A stretch of 64,000 nucleotides of DNA from Oscillospiraceae bacterium. Its GTDB lineage: Bacteria > Bacillota > Clostridia > Oscillospirales > CAG-272. Location of the stretch: positions 67,388-131,387 of the forward strand of contig SVUJ01000002.1 in assembly GCA_015063305.1 (NCBI GenBank), read 5' to 3'. Of the stretch, positions 47,161 to 57,088 are shown piece after piece (position 1 is the stretch's first letter; each line of letters begins with the position of its first letter). The position numbers were made by a program, and so were the translations under genes. Below the pieces are notes generated by a model. That model was not told where the DNA came from and searched no databases. It was given only the letters and a program-made list of their open reading frames with translations.

Positions 47161-47233
47161 GTAGGAAGGTATGTGTACTTAAAAGCACCGAGCGTAGCTT
47201 GGGCGTAGATTTTTATCGGGAAAGGAGAAAGAT

Positions 47234-48106
47234 ATGGGAGAGATATTGAATTTTTTTGCCTCAGCATTTGAGCAGTATGTCCTTGATACCGTCAAAGATA
47301 TACGCGTTACCGATATTCTTGATATCCTCATACTTTCGTTGATTTTGTATTACCTGTATAGCTTTATACGCGACAGACGCGCGGGAAAGCTTGCGTGGGG
47401 ACTTGTGGTTATAGCCGTGCTGTTTTTCCTCAGCTCGATATTCAATATGTATGCCTTGAAGCTGATTTTTGAAAACTTCTATCAGGTGGGATTCATTGCC
47501 ATACTTATAGTGTTCCAGCCTGAGCTGAGAGCTGCGCTTGAAAAGGTGGGCGGAACGTCGTTCACGGGACTGAAAAATATAGCGGTGGAATCGTCGGGCA
47601 AGCTTGCTTCGCTCAACGCCGAGATAGACGCTATATGTCAGTCGGCGAGTGATCTCTCAAGAGATAAGGTCGGAGCGCTTATCGTTATAGAGCGTTCCAC
47701 AAAGCTTGGCGAGTACATAAAATCGGGAGTTATGGTCGATTCTATAATATCGCCCTTCGTGCTCAGAAATATATTCTTTGATAAAGCCCCGCTTCACGAC
47801 GGAGCTACGATAATCAGAGATGGCAGAGTTCACGCCGCGGGCTGCTTTTTGCCGCTCTCCACAAACGACGATATAGATAAGGACCTTGGAACACGCCACA
47901 GAGCGGCTATCGGTATCACCGAGATAAGCGATGCTGTGGTTATAGTGGTCTCCGAGGAAACGGGAACGATATCCCTTGCGTGCGACGGAAATCTTAAGAG
48001 AAACTTCAACTACACAACACTCAAGCAGGAGCTTAACAGTCTGCTTGTTGCGCCTCATCAGCCTGAGGTCCTCAAGAAGCACCGCCGTAAGGCAAACAAA
48101 CAGTAA
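47234..48106 (+). CDS. cdaA: Diadenylate cyclase CdaA (membrane-anchored DAC domain)
   Basis: Three N-terminal TM segments, then DAC-domain motifs (GALIVIER, HDGATII, GTRHRAA, VVIVVSEETG). Confidence 0.94.
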   Translation: MGEILNFFASAFEQYVLDTVKDIRVTDILDILILSLILYYLYSFIRDRRAGKLAWGLVVIAVLFFLSSIFNMYALKLIFENFYQVGFIAILIVFQPELRAALEKVGGTSFTGLKNIAVESSGKLASLNAEIDAICQSASDLSRDKVGALIVIERSTKLGEYIKSGVMVDSIISPFVLRNIFFDKAPLHDGATIIRDGRVHAAGCFLPLSTNDDIDKDLGTRHRAAIGITEISDAVVIVVSEETGTISLACDGNLKRNFNYTTLKQELNSLLVAPHQPEVLKKHRRKANKQ

Positions 48107-48153
48107 TACGTTGGTTCGGAAGAAAAACAAGTATTAAGTATACGGAGATTTTT

Positions 48154-48885
48154 ATGAAGAAAGATAGATCCCAAAACAAGGTAAGCGGCGATGGCTCTTA
48201 CGTTGTAAAAAAGAACGGAAAACTTAATATATTAGCGTTTGCTCTTTGCGTTCTGGCGGCATTCTTTATATGGATATATGCTATGAACACCCAGAACAGC
48301 AACTATACAAAGACCTTTAGTATAGATATCGAGGTCATAAACGAGATCGACCTTCTGGATGAAAAGGGGCTTAGTGTTTTCGGTCTGCCCGAGGAGCAGG
48401 TAAGTATTACTATACAGGGAACTAAGGCTGACGTACAGAAGTACACAGAGAAGGAATTCAGAGCTTATATCGACCTTTCCAATATAGATGAAAAGGGTAT
48501 GGCGGTGCTCAGCGTTAACGTTGAAACACCATCGTCAACCGTTAGTGTTATAGCCACCGAGCCGAAGACGGTCACCGTTTATGCTGATGAAATGTTAGAA
48601 AAGAAGATCGAGGATTTCGGAGCTTACTGTGACGAAGAGGAGAACTATAAGCTGTCTGTTGAAAAGCAGGAGAGCATAACCGTTGTAGGTCCTAAGACCT
48701 ACGTGGAAAAGATAGACTCTGCCAGAGTAGTAATACCGTACGGTAATTACGATGATGGTGAAAATATCTCTTCAAACGAAGTCAGAATATATGACAAAGA
48801 TAAAAGAGAGCTTTCGTTGCTCTATATAACGGTAACACCCGAGAACTTTGTGGTAAAGGTTGAAGGTAGAAATGGGCAACAATGA
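48154..48885 (+). CDS. cdaR: CdaR (YbbR-domain regulator of CdaA)
   Basis: N-terminal TM plus repeated YbbR-like beta-rich modules, immediately downstream of cdaA. Confidence 0.8.
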   Translation: MKKDRSQNKVSGDGSYVVKKNGKLNILAFALCVLAAFFIWIYAMNTQNSNYTKTFSIDIEVINEIDLLDEKGLSVFGLPEEQVSITIQGTKADVQKYTEKEFRAYIDLSNIDEKGMAVLSVNVETPSSTVSVIATEPKTVTVYADEMLEKKIEDFGAYCDEEENYKLSVEKQESITVVGPKTYVEKIDSARVVIPYGNYDDGENISSNEVRIYDKDKRELSLLYITVTPENFVVKVEGRNGQQ

Positions 48886-50503
48886 GCGCAGGGATTTCCG
48901 GGGATTACTCATCTCGGGTATAAGTCTTGATATCGACTCACACGAGTCCGAGGCGTTTAAAATAGCTGCGTCGGAAATGAAGCGTGCAGGGATAAACCCT
49001 GCACGGCTTCGTTTTCGTGTTTATAAAAAGAGTATAGACGCGCGCAAAAAGAGTGAGATAAAGTTCGTTTATTCGGTAATAGCCGAGGCGGACGAGCCCA
49101 TACGCGCCGACGAAGCAAGACTTGCGGCGCGAAGGATAAAGGCGATATCCAAAGAAGGGATAGAGCCGATATTCGGAGAGGAAAGGATGAGCCGCCGACC
49201 TCTTGTGGTAGGAATGGGTCCCGCGGGGCTTTTTGCTGCGCTGATACTTGCCGAGAACGGATACGCCCCCATAATCATCGATAGGGGCGACTGCGTTGCC
49301 AAGAGGTGTGAGATAAATCGGAATTTCATAGACAACGGAGTGCTTGATACCGAGTCCAATATTCAGTTTGGCGCGGGCGGAGCGGGAACTTTTTCGGACG
49401 GAAAGCTTATGACGAGGATAAACGATCCCAAGATATCCTACGTTTTGCGCCGACTTTGCGATTTTGGCGCGCCCGAAGAGATAATCACCGCCGCTAAGCC
49501 GCATATAGGTACTGATCTTTTGGTAAAGGTCGTGGACGGTATACTCGCCTATATAGAGAAGACTGGCGGAGAGGTCATATACAGATGCCGTCTTGACGGC
49601 ATAAGAGAAAACAAGGACGGCACGCTGAGTGCGCTGACCACAAAGGGTGAGATACCTTGCTCGGCGATGGTATTAGCCCCGGGTCACAGCGCAAGGGATA
49701 CCTACCGTATGCTGCTTGATAGCGGATATATGATAGATGCCAAGGCGTTTTCGGTGGGAGTGCGAATAGAGCACCTGAGAGCCGATATAGACAGGGCGCT
49801 TTACGGCGACAGGGCGGGAGATCCTCGGCTTGGCGCGGCGGAATATCACCTTTCGGACACCACGGCGGACAGAGGGGTCTATACCTTCTGTATGTGCCCC
49901 GGCGGACAGGTCGTGGCGGGAGCTTCCGAGGACGGAGGCGTGGTGGTCAACGGAATGAGCAATTACGCGCGTGACGGACTTAATTCTAATTCTGCGGTTG
50001 CCGTGTCGGTAAACAAAGAGGATTACGGCGCTACTCCTATGGGCGCGATAGAATTTCAGAGAAAGCTTGAAAGACTTGCTTTCAGGGCGGGCGGAGAGAA
50101 TTATTTTGCCCCCGCGCAAACGCTTGGAGACTTTATGGACGGAGCTTGTAAGAACGAGCCTCGCAGGATAATGCCAAGCTACAGAGACGGAAAAGTAAAA
50201 ATCACAAGAGTGGACGAGATATTCCCCGAGTATATAAGTGACGGCCTCAGACGCGGATTTGCGTCCTTTGAGCGCAAGATAGAAGGATTTGCGGCGAGGG
50301 ATGCGGTGATAACGGGAGTTGAGAGCAGGACGTCAGCGCCCGTCAGAATACTCAGGAACGAAGAGATGAGCGCTGTGGGACACAGCCTTGTCTATCCCTC
50401 GGGAGAGGGCGCGGGATACGCGGGCGGAATAACGAGCGCGGCTGTTGACGGACTTCGCTCGGCACTTGCGCTTATGAAGCGCTTTGCGCCATATAAAGAG
50501 TAA
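48872..50503 (+). CDS. FAD-dependent oxidoreductase (COG2509-like uncharacterised dehydrogenase)
   Basis: Dinucleotide-binding VVGMGPAGLFAAL, plus later CPGG and GYAGGI motifs. ATG 48872 with RBS gaagg. Overlaps the cdaR 3' end by 14 nt. Confidence 0.8.
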   Translation: MGNNERRDFRGLLISGISLDIDSHESEAFKIAASEMKRAGINPARLRFRVYKKSIDARKKSEIKFVYSVIAEADEPIRADEARLAARRIKAISKEGIEPIFGEERMSRRPLVVGMGPAGLFAALILAENGYAPIIIDRGDCVAKRCEINRNFIDNGVLDTESNIQFGAGGAGTFSDGKLMTRINDPKISYVLRRLCDFGAPEEIITAAKPHIGTDLLVKVVDGILAYIEKTGGEVIYRCRLDGIRENKDGTLSALTTKGEIPCSAMVLAPGHSARDTYRMLLDSGYMIDAKAFSVGVRIEHLRADIDRALYGDRAGDPRLGAAEYHLSDTTADRGVYTFCMCPGGQVVAGASEDGGVVVNGMSNYARDGLNSNSAVAVSVNKEDYGATPMGAIEFQRKLERLAFRAGGENYFAPAQTLGDFMDGACKNEPRRIMPSYRDGKVKITRVDEIFPEYISDGLRRGFASFERKIEGFAARDAVITGVESRTSAPVRILRNEEMSAVGHSLVYPSGEGAGYAGGITSAAVDGLRSALALMKRFAPYKE

Positions 50504-50531
50504 AAGATAAATCAGGAAGGCATATATAGAA

Positions 50532-52730
50532 ATGAGCAGTACGAAGAGAGAAAAGACGTGGTCTGAAAAATACATATTTGGAAACGCCCAGCTTGACCGC
50601 GAGGTGTCTTTTGTTGCGCAAGCTCTCAACTGCTCGGATATATTTGCGGTGCTTTTGCGAAACAGAGGGTTTTCAACACCTGACGAAGCGCAGAGATTTT
50701 TGAGATTTGAAACCAACGATTTTCACGATCCCTTCCTTCTTAACGATATGGACACCGCCGTTGCGAGAATAGCCAGCGCGGTGGAGAATGGCGAGAAGAT
50801 ATGTATTTACGGAGATTACGACGTTGACGGAGTTACCTCTGTAAGTATGCTATATCTTTATCTGACCTCGCTTGGGGCGGATGTCATAATAAAGATACCC
50901 ACTCGTGACGGAGAGGGATACGGTGTATCCTCTGCCGCGGTCGAACAGCTCGCCGAGGCGGGGGTTAAGCTGATTATAACTGTTGATACGGGAGTTACGG
51001 CTACCGAGGAGGTGCTTTATGCGAAGGCCCTCGGTGTTGACGTTGTGGTAACAGACCACCACGAGTGCAGAAGCGAGCTGCCAAAGGCTTGCGCTGTGGT
51101 AAATCCCCACAGACAGGACAGCAGATATCCTTTTTGCGACCTTGCGGGAGTGGGAGTTGTATTCAAGCTGATATGCGCTTATGAGATGACCTTGTGCCGT
51201 GCCAGAGGTGAGTCGGTGCTTGCGGGTGTGGGAAGGATATGCAAAGAATATGCCGACCTTGCCGCTATAGGAACTATAGCCGACGTTATGCCGATAACCG
51301 ATGAAAACAGACTTATCGTGAGTATGGGTCTGAAATTGCTTGAGAATACCAAGCGCCGTGGACTTGAAGCGCTTATCGATGCCATAAATTCGGGCGGACG
51401 TGACGGCAAGAGCTCTCAGAAAAAGAGAAAGGTATCCTCAGGATTTATAGGCTTTGGCATAGCGCCGAGAATAAACGCGGCGGGAAGAATAAGCGATTCT
51501 ATAATCGCGGTAAATCTTTTGCTTGAAGAGGACAGAGAGTGTGCCAGAGAGTACGCCGAGCAGCTTTGCGAGATAAACAAGCAAAGACAGATAGAAGAGA
51601 ATAAGATAGCCGAGCAGGCTTATGAAATGATAGAGAACGACCCCGACAGGGATAAGAACAGCGTTATAGTTCTTGAGCACGACGAGTGGCAGCAGGGAAT
51701 AATCGGTATAGTATCCTCAAGAATAACCGAGAAATACGGACTCCCCTCGATACTTATATCCTTCAAGGGATCTGTTATAGGAGAGCCCCACGATATGGAT
51801 AACGGAAAGGGCTCGGGCAGAAGCATTAAGGGAATGAACCTTGTGGGAGCGCTCAGCTATTGCGAGGACGTGCTTGAAAAATTCGGCGGGCACGAGCTTG
51901 CGGCGGGACTTACCATAAGAAGAGGCAACGTCGATGAATTCAGACGCAGAATAAACGAATATGCCGAGCAGAACCTCACCGAGGAGCTTTTCAAGATAAA
52001 GATAGATGCCGATTGTGAGCTTCAGATGGAGCATCTCACACTCGGACTTGCGGAGGAGCTGCTCAGACTTGAGCCGTTCGGGGTTGGAAATCCCACGCCC
52101 CTCTTTATCGCAAGGGATATGAGGGTGCAGAGGATTATGCAGCTCAGCGGCGGAAAGCATACAAAGCTTATACTTGAGAAGGATGGAAAGTCTGTTTGCG
52201 GAATGTATTTCGGCAACTCGCCCTCAAAGCTTGGCTTTGAGGTGGCGGACAAGATAGACGTTTTGTTCAATCTTGACGTCAATGAATACAAGGGCATAAA
52301 GTCTGTTCAGATGATAATACAGGACGCAAGGCTGTCGGAAAGCTATACCAAGAAGCTTGACAACAGTAAGCGTCGTTATGCCCAGATAAGCGAGGGCGCT
52401 ATATACGATCCCGAGGAGAATGTAATACCCACAAGAGATGATTTTGCGGCGGTATATACCGTGCTTCGCAGAGAGTTCCGTTCGGGAAATGATATCATCG
52501 ATATGAGGACGCTCATCAAGCTTGTAAACTCGGGCGATGAGCAGAGCATAAATTACATAAAGCTCAAATATATACTAAGGATAATGAATGAGCTGAGGAT
52601 ATGCGCGGTCGAAGAGATAGGAGAGGATATCTTCCGCTTTGAGATATTCTTCAGTTCGGCTAAGACCAGCATAGAGAAATCGTCAATACTTAAAAAGCTA
52701 AAGAGCAGGTGCTCAGACAGGGCTAGGTAA
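50532..52730 (+). CDS. recJ: Single-stranded-DNA-specific exonuclease RecJ
   Basis: DHH motifs (YGDYDVDGVTS, TVDTG, VVTDHH) and the DHHA1 GGHELAAG. Confidence 0.95.
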   Translation: MSSTKREKTWSEKYIFGNAQLDREVSFVAQALNCSDIFAVLLRNRGFSTPDEAQRFLRFETNDFHDPFLLNDMDTAVARIASAVENGEKICIYGDYDVDGVTSVSMLYLYLTSLGADVIIKIPTRDGEGYGVSSAAVEQLAEAGVKLIITVDTGVTATEEVLYAKALGVDVVVTDHHECRSELPKACAVVNPHRQDSRYPFCDLAGVGVVFKLICAYEMTLCRARGESVLAGVGRICKEYADLAAIGTIADVMPITDENRLIVSMGLKLLENTKRRGLEALIDAINSGGRDGKSSQKKRKVSSGFIGFGIAPRINAAGRISDSIIAVNLLLEEDRECAREYAEQLCEINKQRQIEENKIAEQAYEMIENDPDRDKNSVIVLEHDEWQQGIIGIVSSRITEKYGLPSILISFKGSVIGEPHDMDNGKGSGRSIKGMNLVGALSYCEDVLEKFGGHELAAGLTIRRGNVDEFRRRINEYAEQNLTEELFKIKIDADCELQMEHLTLGLAEELLRLEPFGVGNPTPLFIARDMRVQRIMQLSGGKHTKLILEKDGKSVCGMYFGNSPSKLGFEVADKIDVLFNLDVNEYKGIKSVQMIIQDARLSESYTKKLDNSKRRYAQISEGAIYDPEENVIPTRDDFAAVYTVLRREFRSGNDIIDMRTLIKLVNSGDEQSINYIKLKYILRIMNELRICAVEEIGEDIFRFEIFFSSAKTSIEKSSILKKLKSRCSDRAR

Positions 52731-52755
52731 GGCGCTTTTGGCGGAAAGGAAAGAT

Positions 52756-54975
52756 ATGATCGGAGAAGGTCAAAACGATATCAAAAGACTTCTTGATATT
52801 TTATCGGCAACGGGCAAACGATATGATACCGATATGGTCGTCCGTGCCTATGAATATGCTAAAAAGCTTCACGAGGGACAGTATCGCGTGAGCGGAGAAC
52901 CGTATATCTCGCACCCCGTGGCGGTGGCGGAGATAGTGGCGGGGCTTGAGCTTGACACCGATTCTATATGCGCGGCGCTCCTTCACGACACCGTTGAGGA
53001 CTGCTCGGAGAAGACAGACCTAAAGGAGATAGAGTCGCAGTTTGGCAAGACGGTCGCGCTTTTGGTGGACGGGCTTACAAAGCTCGTGCAGCTCAATATT
53101 GAGGATAAAGAGGAAGCGCACATTGAGAATATCAGAAAGATGCTCCTTGCGATGTCGAAGGACGTCAGAGTTATCTTCATAAAGCTTTGCGACAGACTTC
53201 ACAATATGCGAACGCTTGAAGTGAAGCCCGATCCCAAGAGAAGGTCAACCGCGCTTGAAACGATGCAGGTCTATGCGCCCCTTGCGCACCGACTCGGTAT
53301 GCAGAAGATAAAGCACGAGCTTGAAAATCTTGGACTTAAGTATCTCGACCCTATCGGATACGAGGAGATACAGAACTATATTGAAGAAAAATATGGAGAA
53401 AATCAAGGATTTATTGAGGAGATAAGGCGAACCGTCTCCGGGAAGATGGCGGAGAACGGCATACATTTTACACTTGAGGGACGTATAAAGTCGGTCTACA
53501 GTATATACCGTAAAATGTATAACCAGAATAAAAACTTCGATGAGATATACGATTTTTACGCGCTTCGTATCATAGTTGATACAGAGCTTGAATGTTATAC
53601 CGCACTTGGACTTATCCACGAGATGTTCAAGTCGATACCCGGAAGATTTAAGGACTACATATCAACGCCCAAGCCGAATATGTACCGCTCGTTGCATACC
53701 ACGGTAATAGGAAGCGCGGGTATCCCGTTTGAGGTTCAGATAAGAACCTGGGAGATGCACCATGTTGCCGAATACGGTGTGGCGGCGCATTGGAAATATA
53801 AGTCGGGCGAGAGATCCAAGGAGGATATAGACAAGAAGCTTGAATGGATAGCTCGTCTTATTGAGACCGAGGACGATGCAAGAGATCCCGACGAATTTAT
53901 GAACGCGCTCAAGACCGACATCTTCCACGACGAAACCTTTGTGTTTACTCCTCGCGGTGACGTTATCGCGCTTCCGCAGGGAGCTACGGTCATCGACTTC
54001 GCGTACGCTATACACTCGGGTGTTGGTAACTCGATGATAGGCGCGAAGATAAACGGGTCTATAGTGCCGATAGATACCGTGCCCGAGAACGGCGAGATAG
54101 TTGAGATACTCACCTCGTCCGCATCAAAGGGCCCGAGCCGCGATTGGCTCAATATCGTAAAAACGAGTGAGGCGAGAACCAAGATACGCGCTTGGTTCAA
54201 GAGGGAGAAGAGAGCCGACAATATCATCGCTGGTAAGACGATGGTAGATGCCGAATTCAAGAAATACGGCAGACAGTACACCGAGGCACAGAAGAACGAG
54301 ATAGTAGCCACAGTTGGTCAGAAGGTCGGCTTTATGAGCGCCGAGGACTTCTATAATACCCTCGGATACGGCGGTATCACATACTCCAAGGTCGCTCTTA
54401 AGATGAAAGAGGAGTTTGAAAAGACGGTAAAAGCTCCCGAGCTCGAAGTGCCTCGTGTTGATATTACAGTCGAGAGCATAAAGACAGTTAAGCCCAAAAA
54501 TCTCAAGTCGAACAGCGGTATCGTTGTTGACGGAGCTGACGGCTGTCTTGTTAAATTCGCTAAGTGCTGTAACCCCCTGCCGGGCGACGACGTTATAGGA
54601 TTTATCACCAAGGGATACGGAATATCGATACATAAATCGGATTGTCCCAATGTAATAACCGGAATGACGGTTGTCGAAAACCGCGACAGATGGGTCGAGG
54701 CGCATTGGGAGAACGAGAGCGAGTCGTCGTCGGATTTCTACGAGGCGCAGCTTAAGATCTTCGTTGTTGACAGGATAGGAATAATCGCCGATATAACAGT
54801 GGCGCTTTCGGATATGAAGGTCTTTATACTTCAGATAAATACCGTTAAAAATCAGGCTGACCGCTCTACTGTAAACCTTAAGATAAGCTGTAAGAACGTG
54901 GCTCATTACCATTCGATAGTGTCAAGACTTAAGAGCCTTGACGGAGTAATAGACGTGAGCCGTGGATTTTCGTGA
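52756..54975 (+). CDS. relA: Bifunctional (p)ppGpp synthetase/hydrolase (RelA/SpoT homologue)
   Basis: HD hydrolase (HPVAVAEI..LLHDTVED), synthetase (YRSLHTTV, EVQIRT), and TGS and ACT domains. ATG 52756 after RBS aaagga. Confidence 0.95.
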   Translation: MIGEGQNDIKRLLDILSATGKRYDTDMVVRAYEYAKKLHEGQYRVSGEPYISHPVAVAEIVAGLELDTDSICAALLHDTVEDCSEKTDLKEIESQFGKTVALLVDGLTKLVQLNIEDKEEAHIENIRKMLLAMSKDVRVIFIKLCDRLHNMRTLEVKPDPKRRSTALETMQVYAPLAHRLGMQKIKHELENLGLKYLDPIGYEEIQNYIEEKYGENQGFIEEIRRTVSGKMAENGIHFTLEGRIKSVYSIYRKMYNQNKNFDEIYDFYALRIIVDTELECYTALGLIHEMFKSIPGRFKDYISTPKPNMYRSLHTTVIGSAGIPFEVQIRTWEMHHVAEYGVAAHWKYKSGERSKEDIDKKLEWIARLIETEDDARDPDEFMNALKTDIFHDETFVFTPRGDVIALPQGATVIDFAYAIHSGVGNSMIGAKINGSIVPIDTVPENGEIVEILTSSASKGPSRDWLNIVKTSEARTKIRAWFKREKRADNIIAGKTMVDAEFKKYGRQYTEAQKNEIVATVGQKVGFMSAEDFYNTLGYGGITYSKVALKMKEEFEKTVKAPELEVPRVDITVESIKTVKPKNLKSNSGIVVDGADGCLVKFAKCCNPLPGDDVIGFITKGYGISIHKSDCPNVITGMTVVENRDRWVEAHWENESESSSDFYEAQLKIFVVDRIGIIADITVALSDMKVFILQINTVKNQADRSTVNLKISCKNVAHYHSIVSRLKSLDGVIDVSRGFS

Positions 54976-54989
54976 TGCGGGTGTAATCT

Positions 54990-55445
54990 ATGAAGCTTGT
55001 AATACAAAGAGTGAACAGCGCGTCTGTAAGCGTGGACGGTGAGTGTGTAGGATGCTGCGGCAAGGGGCTGATGATGCTTCTTGGCGTTGGCGAGGGAGAT
55101 ACAAAAGAGGACGCCGAGCTTCTCGCGCGCAAGGTCGTTAATCTGAGAGTTTTCACAGATGATGCCGACAAGATGAATCTCTCTGTGAAGGATATTGGGG
55201 GAGAGGCGCTGGTGGTTTCAAATTTCACACTTCTGGCGAATTATAAAAAGGGAAACAGACCCGATTATATGTCGGCGGCAAAGCCTGATGCGGCTAAGGC
55301 GCTTTATGAGTATTTTGTGTCCTTGCTTCAATCAGAGCTTGGACAGGTCGGAACAGGAGAATTCGGAGCGCATATGAACATCGATATGTGTGCCGACGGA
55401 CCTGTTACGATAGTTATGGAGAGCGAGATGCTCCGCAAAAAGTAA
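54990..55445 (+). CDS. dtd: D-aminoacyl-tRNA deacylase
   Basis: MKLVIQRV start, SNFTL and GPVT motifs. Conserved relA-dtd linkage. Confidence 0.93.
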   Translation: MKLVIQRVNSASVSVDGECVGCCGKGLMMLLGVGEGDTKEDAELLARKVVNLRVFTDDADKMNLSVKDIGGEALVVSNFTLLANYKKGNRPDYMSAAKPDAAKALYEYFVSLLQSELGQVGTGEFGAHMNIDMCADGPVTIVMESEMLRKK

Positions 55446-55469
55446 TTTTTCACAGGAAAGCAGAACATA

Positions 55470-55498
55470 TTGACCCACGGGGCGATGCCCTATATAAT
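55470..55498 (+). promoter_or_regulatory. Sigma-A-type promoter upstream of the hemZ-like gene
   Basis: TTGACC (55470-55475), 17-nt spacer, TATAAT (55493-55498). Confidence 0.55.
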
Positions 55499-55518
55499 AA
55501 TCAAACTGGAGGTTCGTA

Positions 55519-57012
55519 ATGAACATTAAAATTGAATCACCGGTAAATAAATATTATGTGCAGACGCTCTGTATGATCTTCTTCCCGGGGGAAAAATTCG
55601 GGGAGAGCTCGGAGCAAAGAGCAGACACGCCATCTCTTTATCTTAAAACAAATAAAACAGATGAGGGTATTTGCGCGATCGCGGAGTTGTCGATAGGGGA
55701 TAAGCGTTCAAGCGCCGAGAAGACTGTTGCGTTCAGCGCGGACAGAAGCGAGGAACGTACACTTAAGATAGCGGTCGGCGCGGCTATACTCGCGGCGGCA
55801 GGTGAGCTTGTGGGCTACCGTCCGTCTTGGGGTATGCTTATAGGTGTACGCCCCTCAAAGGTTGCTACCGAGATGCTCAACTCGGGCATGAGCAAGACGA
55901 GAGTTAAGAAGATACTTACCTCGGATTACCTTGTTATCCCGAAGAAGGCAACGCTTGCCGTTGACGTAGCGCTTAACGAGAAGAGGATATCGGGGGAGGT
56001 TGGAACAAAGGATTGCAGCGTTTATATATCTATACCCTTCTGTCCGTCAAGATGCTCCTACTGCTCCTTCGTTTCCTATACATCGAAGAAGCTTTTGAGC
56101 CTGATACCCGAATATCTCGAAAGACTTATGTGCGATATAGAGAATAATTTCAAGGTTATTTCCGAGCTTGGGCTCAACGTGAAAACGGTATATATAGGCG
56201 GTGGAACGCCCACTATACTTGATGCCGAGCAGTTGCGAAAATTACTCAGCAAGATAGCGTCGCTTACCGATGTCAGCAAGCTTACCGAGTTTACACTTGA
56301 GGCGGGAAGACCCGATACTATCACCGCTGAAAAATTTGCGGTGGCAAAGGAATATGGGGTTACAAGAGTTAGTGTAAATCCCCAGACGCTTTGCGATGAC
56401 GTTCTCTGCGGAATAGGAAGAAGCCACAACGTTGACGATTTCTTCAGAGCATATGATATAGCTAAAAATTCGGGAATAAAAACTATCAACGTTGATCTTA
56501 TCGCGGGACTTCCGGGAGATAATTTCAAGCTGTTCTCCTCGTCATACGACAGTATTTTGCAGCTCAGACCCGAGAACATCACGGTACATACCTTCTGCAT
56601 CAAAAAATCTGCCGACGTACTTCGCCACAATTCGCACATATATTCGATACACGGCGGCGATGCGGGAAAATGCGTTGACTATTCGCAGATAAAGGCGATA
56701 CAAAACGGATATATGCCGTATTATATGTATAGACAGAAAAACACGGTGGGAAACTATGAAAATGTTGGCTTCTCGCTTGAAGGACACGAGGGACTTTACA
56801 ATATCTATATGATGGAAGAGCTTCACTCGATATTTGCCGCGGGGGCGGGAGCTGTGACTAAGCTTGTCGATAACACGGGAAGCGACGTCAGCGGTAAATC
56901 TATTGAGAGATTGTTCAACCAGAAGTATCCTTATGAATATCTGAGTGAGGACAGAAGTGAAGACTTCAGAGCGGCGGCAATAAAATTCTATACTGAGCAT
57001 AATATGTTATAG
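55519..57012 (+). CDS. HemN/HemZ-like radical SAM protein (coproporphyrinogen dehydrogenase family)
   Basis: CPSRCSYCSF radical-SAM motif after an N-terminal extension of about 170 aa, as in HemZ-type proteins. Confidence 0.85.
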   Translation: MNIKIESPVNKYYVQTLCMIFFPGEKFGESSEQRADTPSLYLKTNKTDEGICAIAELSIGDKRSSAEKTVAFSADRSEERTLKIAVGAAILAAAGELVGYRPSWGMLIGVRPSKVATEMLNSGMSKTRVKKILTSDYLVIPKKATLAVDVALNEKRISGEVGTKDCSVYISIPFCPSRCSYCSFVSYTSKKLLSLIPEYLERLMCDIENNFKVISELGLNVKTVYIGGGTPTILDAEQLRKLLSKIASLTDVSKLTEFTLEAGRPDTITAEKFAVAKEYGVTRVSVNPQTLCDDVLCGIGRSHNVDDFFRAYDIAKNSGIKTINVDLIAGLPGDNFKLFSSSYDSILQLRPENITVHTFCIKKSADVLRHNSHIYSIHGGDAGKCVDYSQIKAIQNGYMPYYMYRQKNTVGNYENVGFSLEGHEGLYNIYMMEELHSIFAAGAGAVTKLVDNTGSDVSGKSIERLFNQKYPYEYLSEDRSEDFRAAAIKFYTEHNML

Positions 57013-57030
57013 TCATAATTATTCTATTAA

Positions 57031-57072
57031 AGAAACCGACATTGACAGTATTGTTGTGTCGGCTTCTGTTTT
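57031..57072 (+). terminator. Terminator-like hairpin after the hemZ-like gene
   Basis: agaaaccgaca / tgtcggcttct (10/11) with a 15-nt loop, then gtttt. Confidence 0.5.
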
Positions 57073-57088
57073 CAGAAAGGAGAACGGG

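Noticed and set aside
47166-47233. GCGTAG-CTTGG-GCGTAG direct repeat in the cdaA 5' leader, considered as a GTAG-type REP relic or riboswitch.
   Set aside because: It has no accompanying GC-rich hairpin or CCCG tail. The leader is too short (about 70 nt) and unstructured for a known riboswitch class, so the resemblance rests on 4-6 nt only.
57056-57088. Track start codon (GTG 57056) for the uridine-kinase-like gene.
   Set aside because: It lies within the descending arm of the upstream hairpin (57031-57067). GTG 57089 has AAGGAG at ideal spacing.
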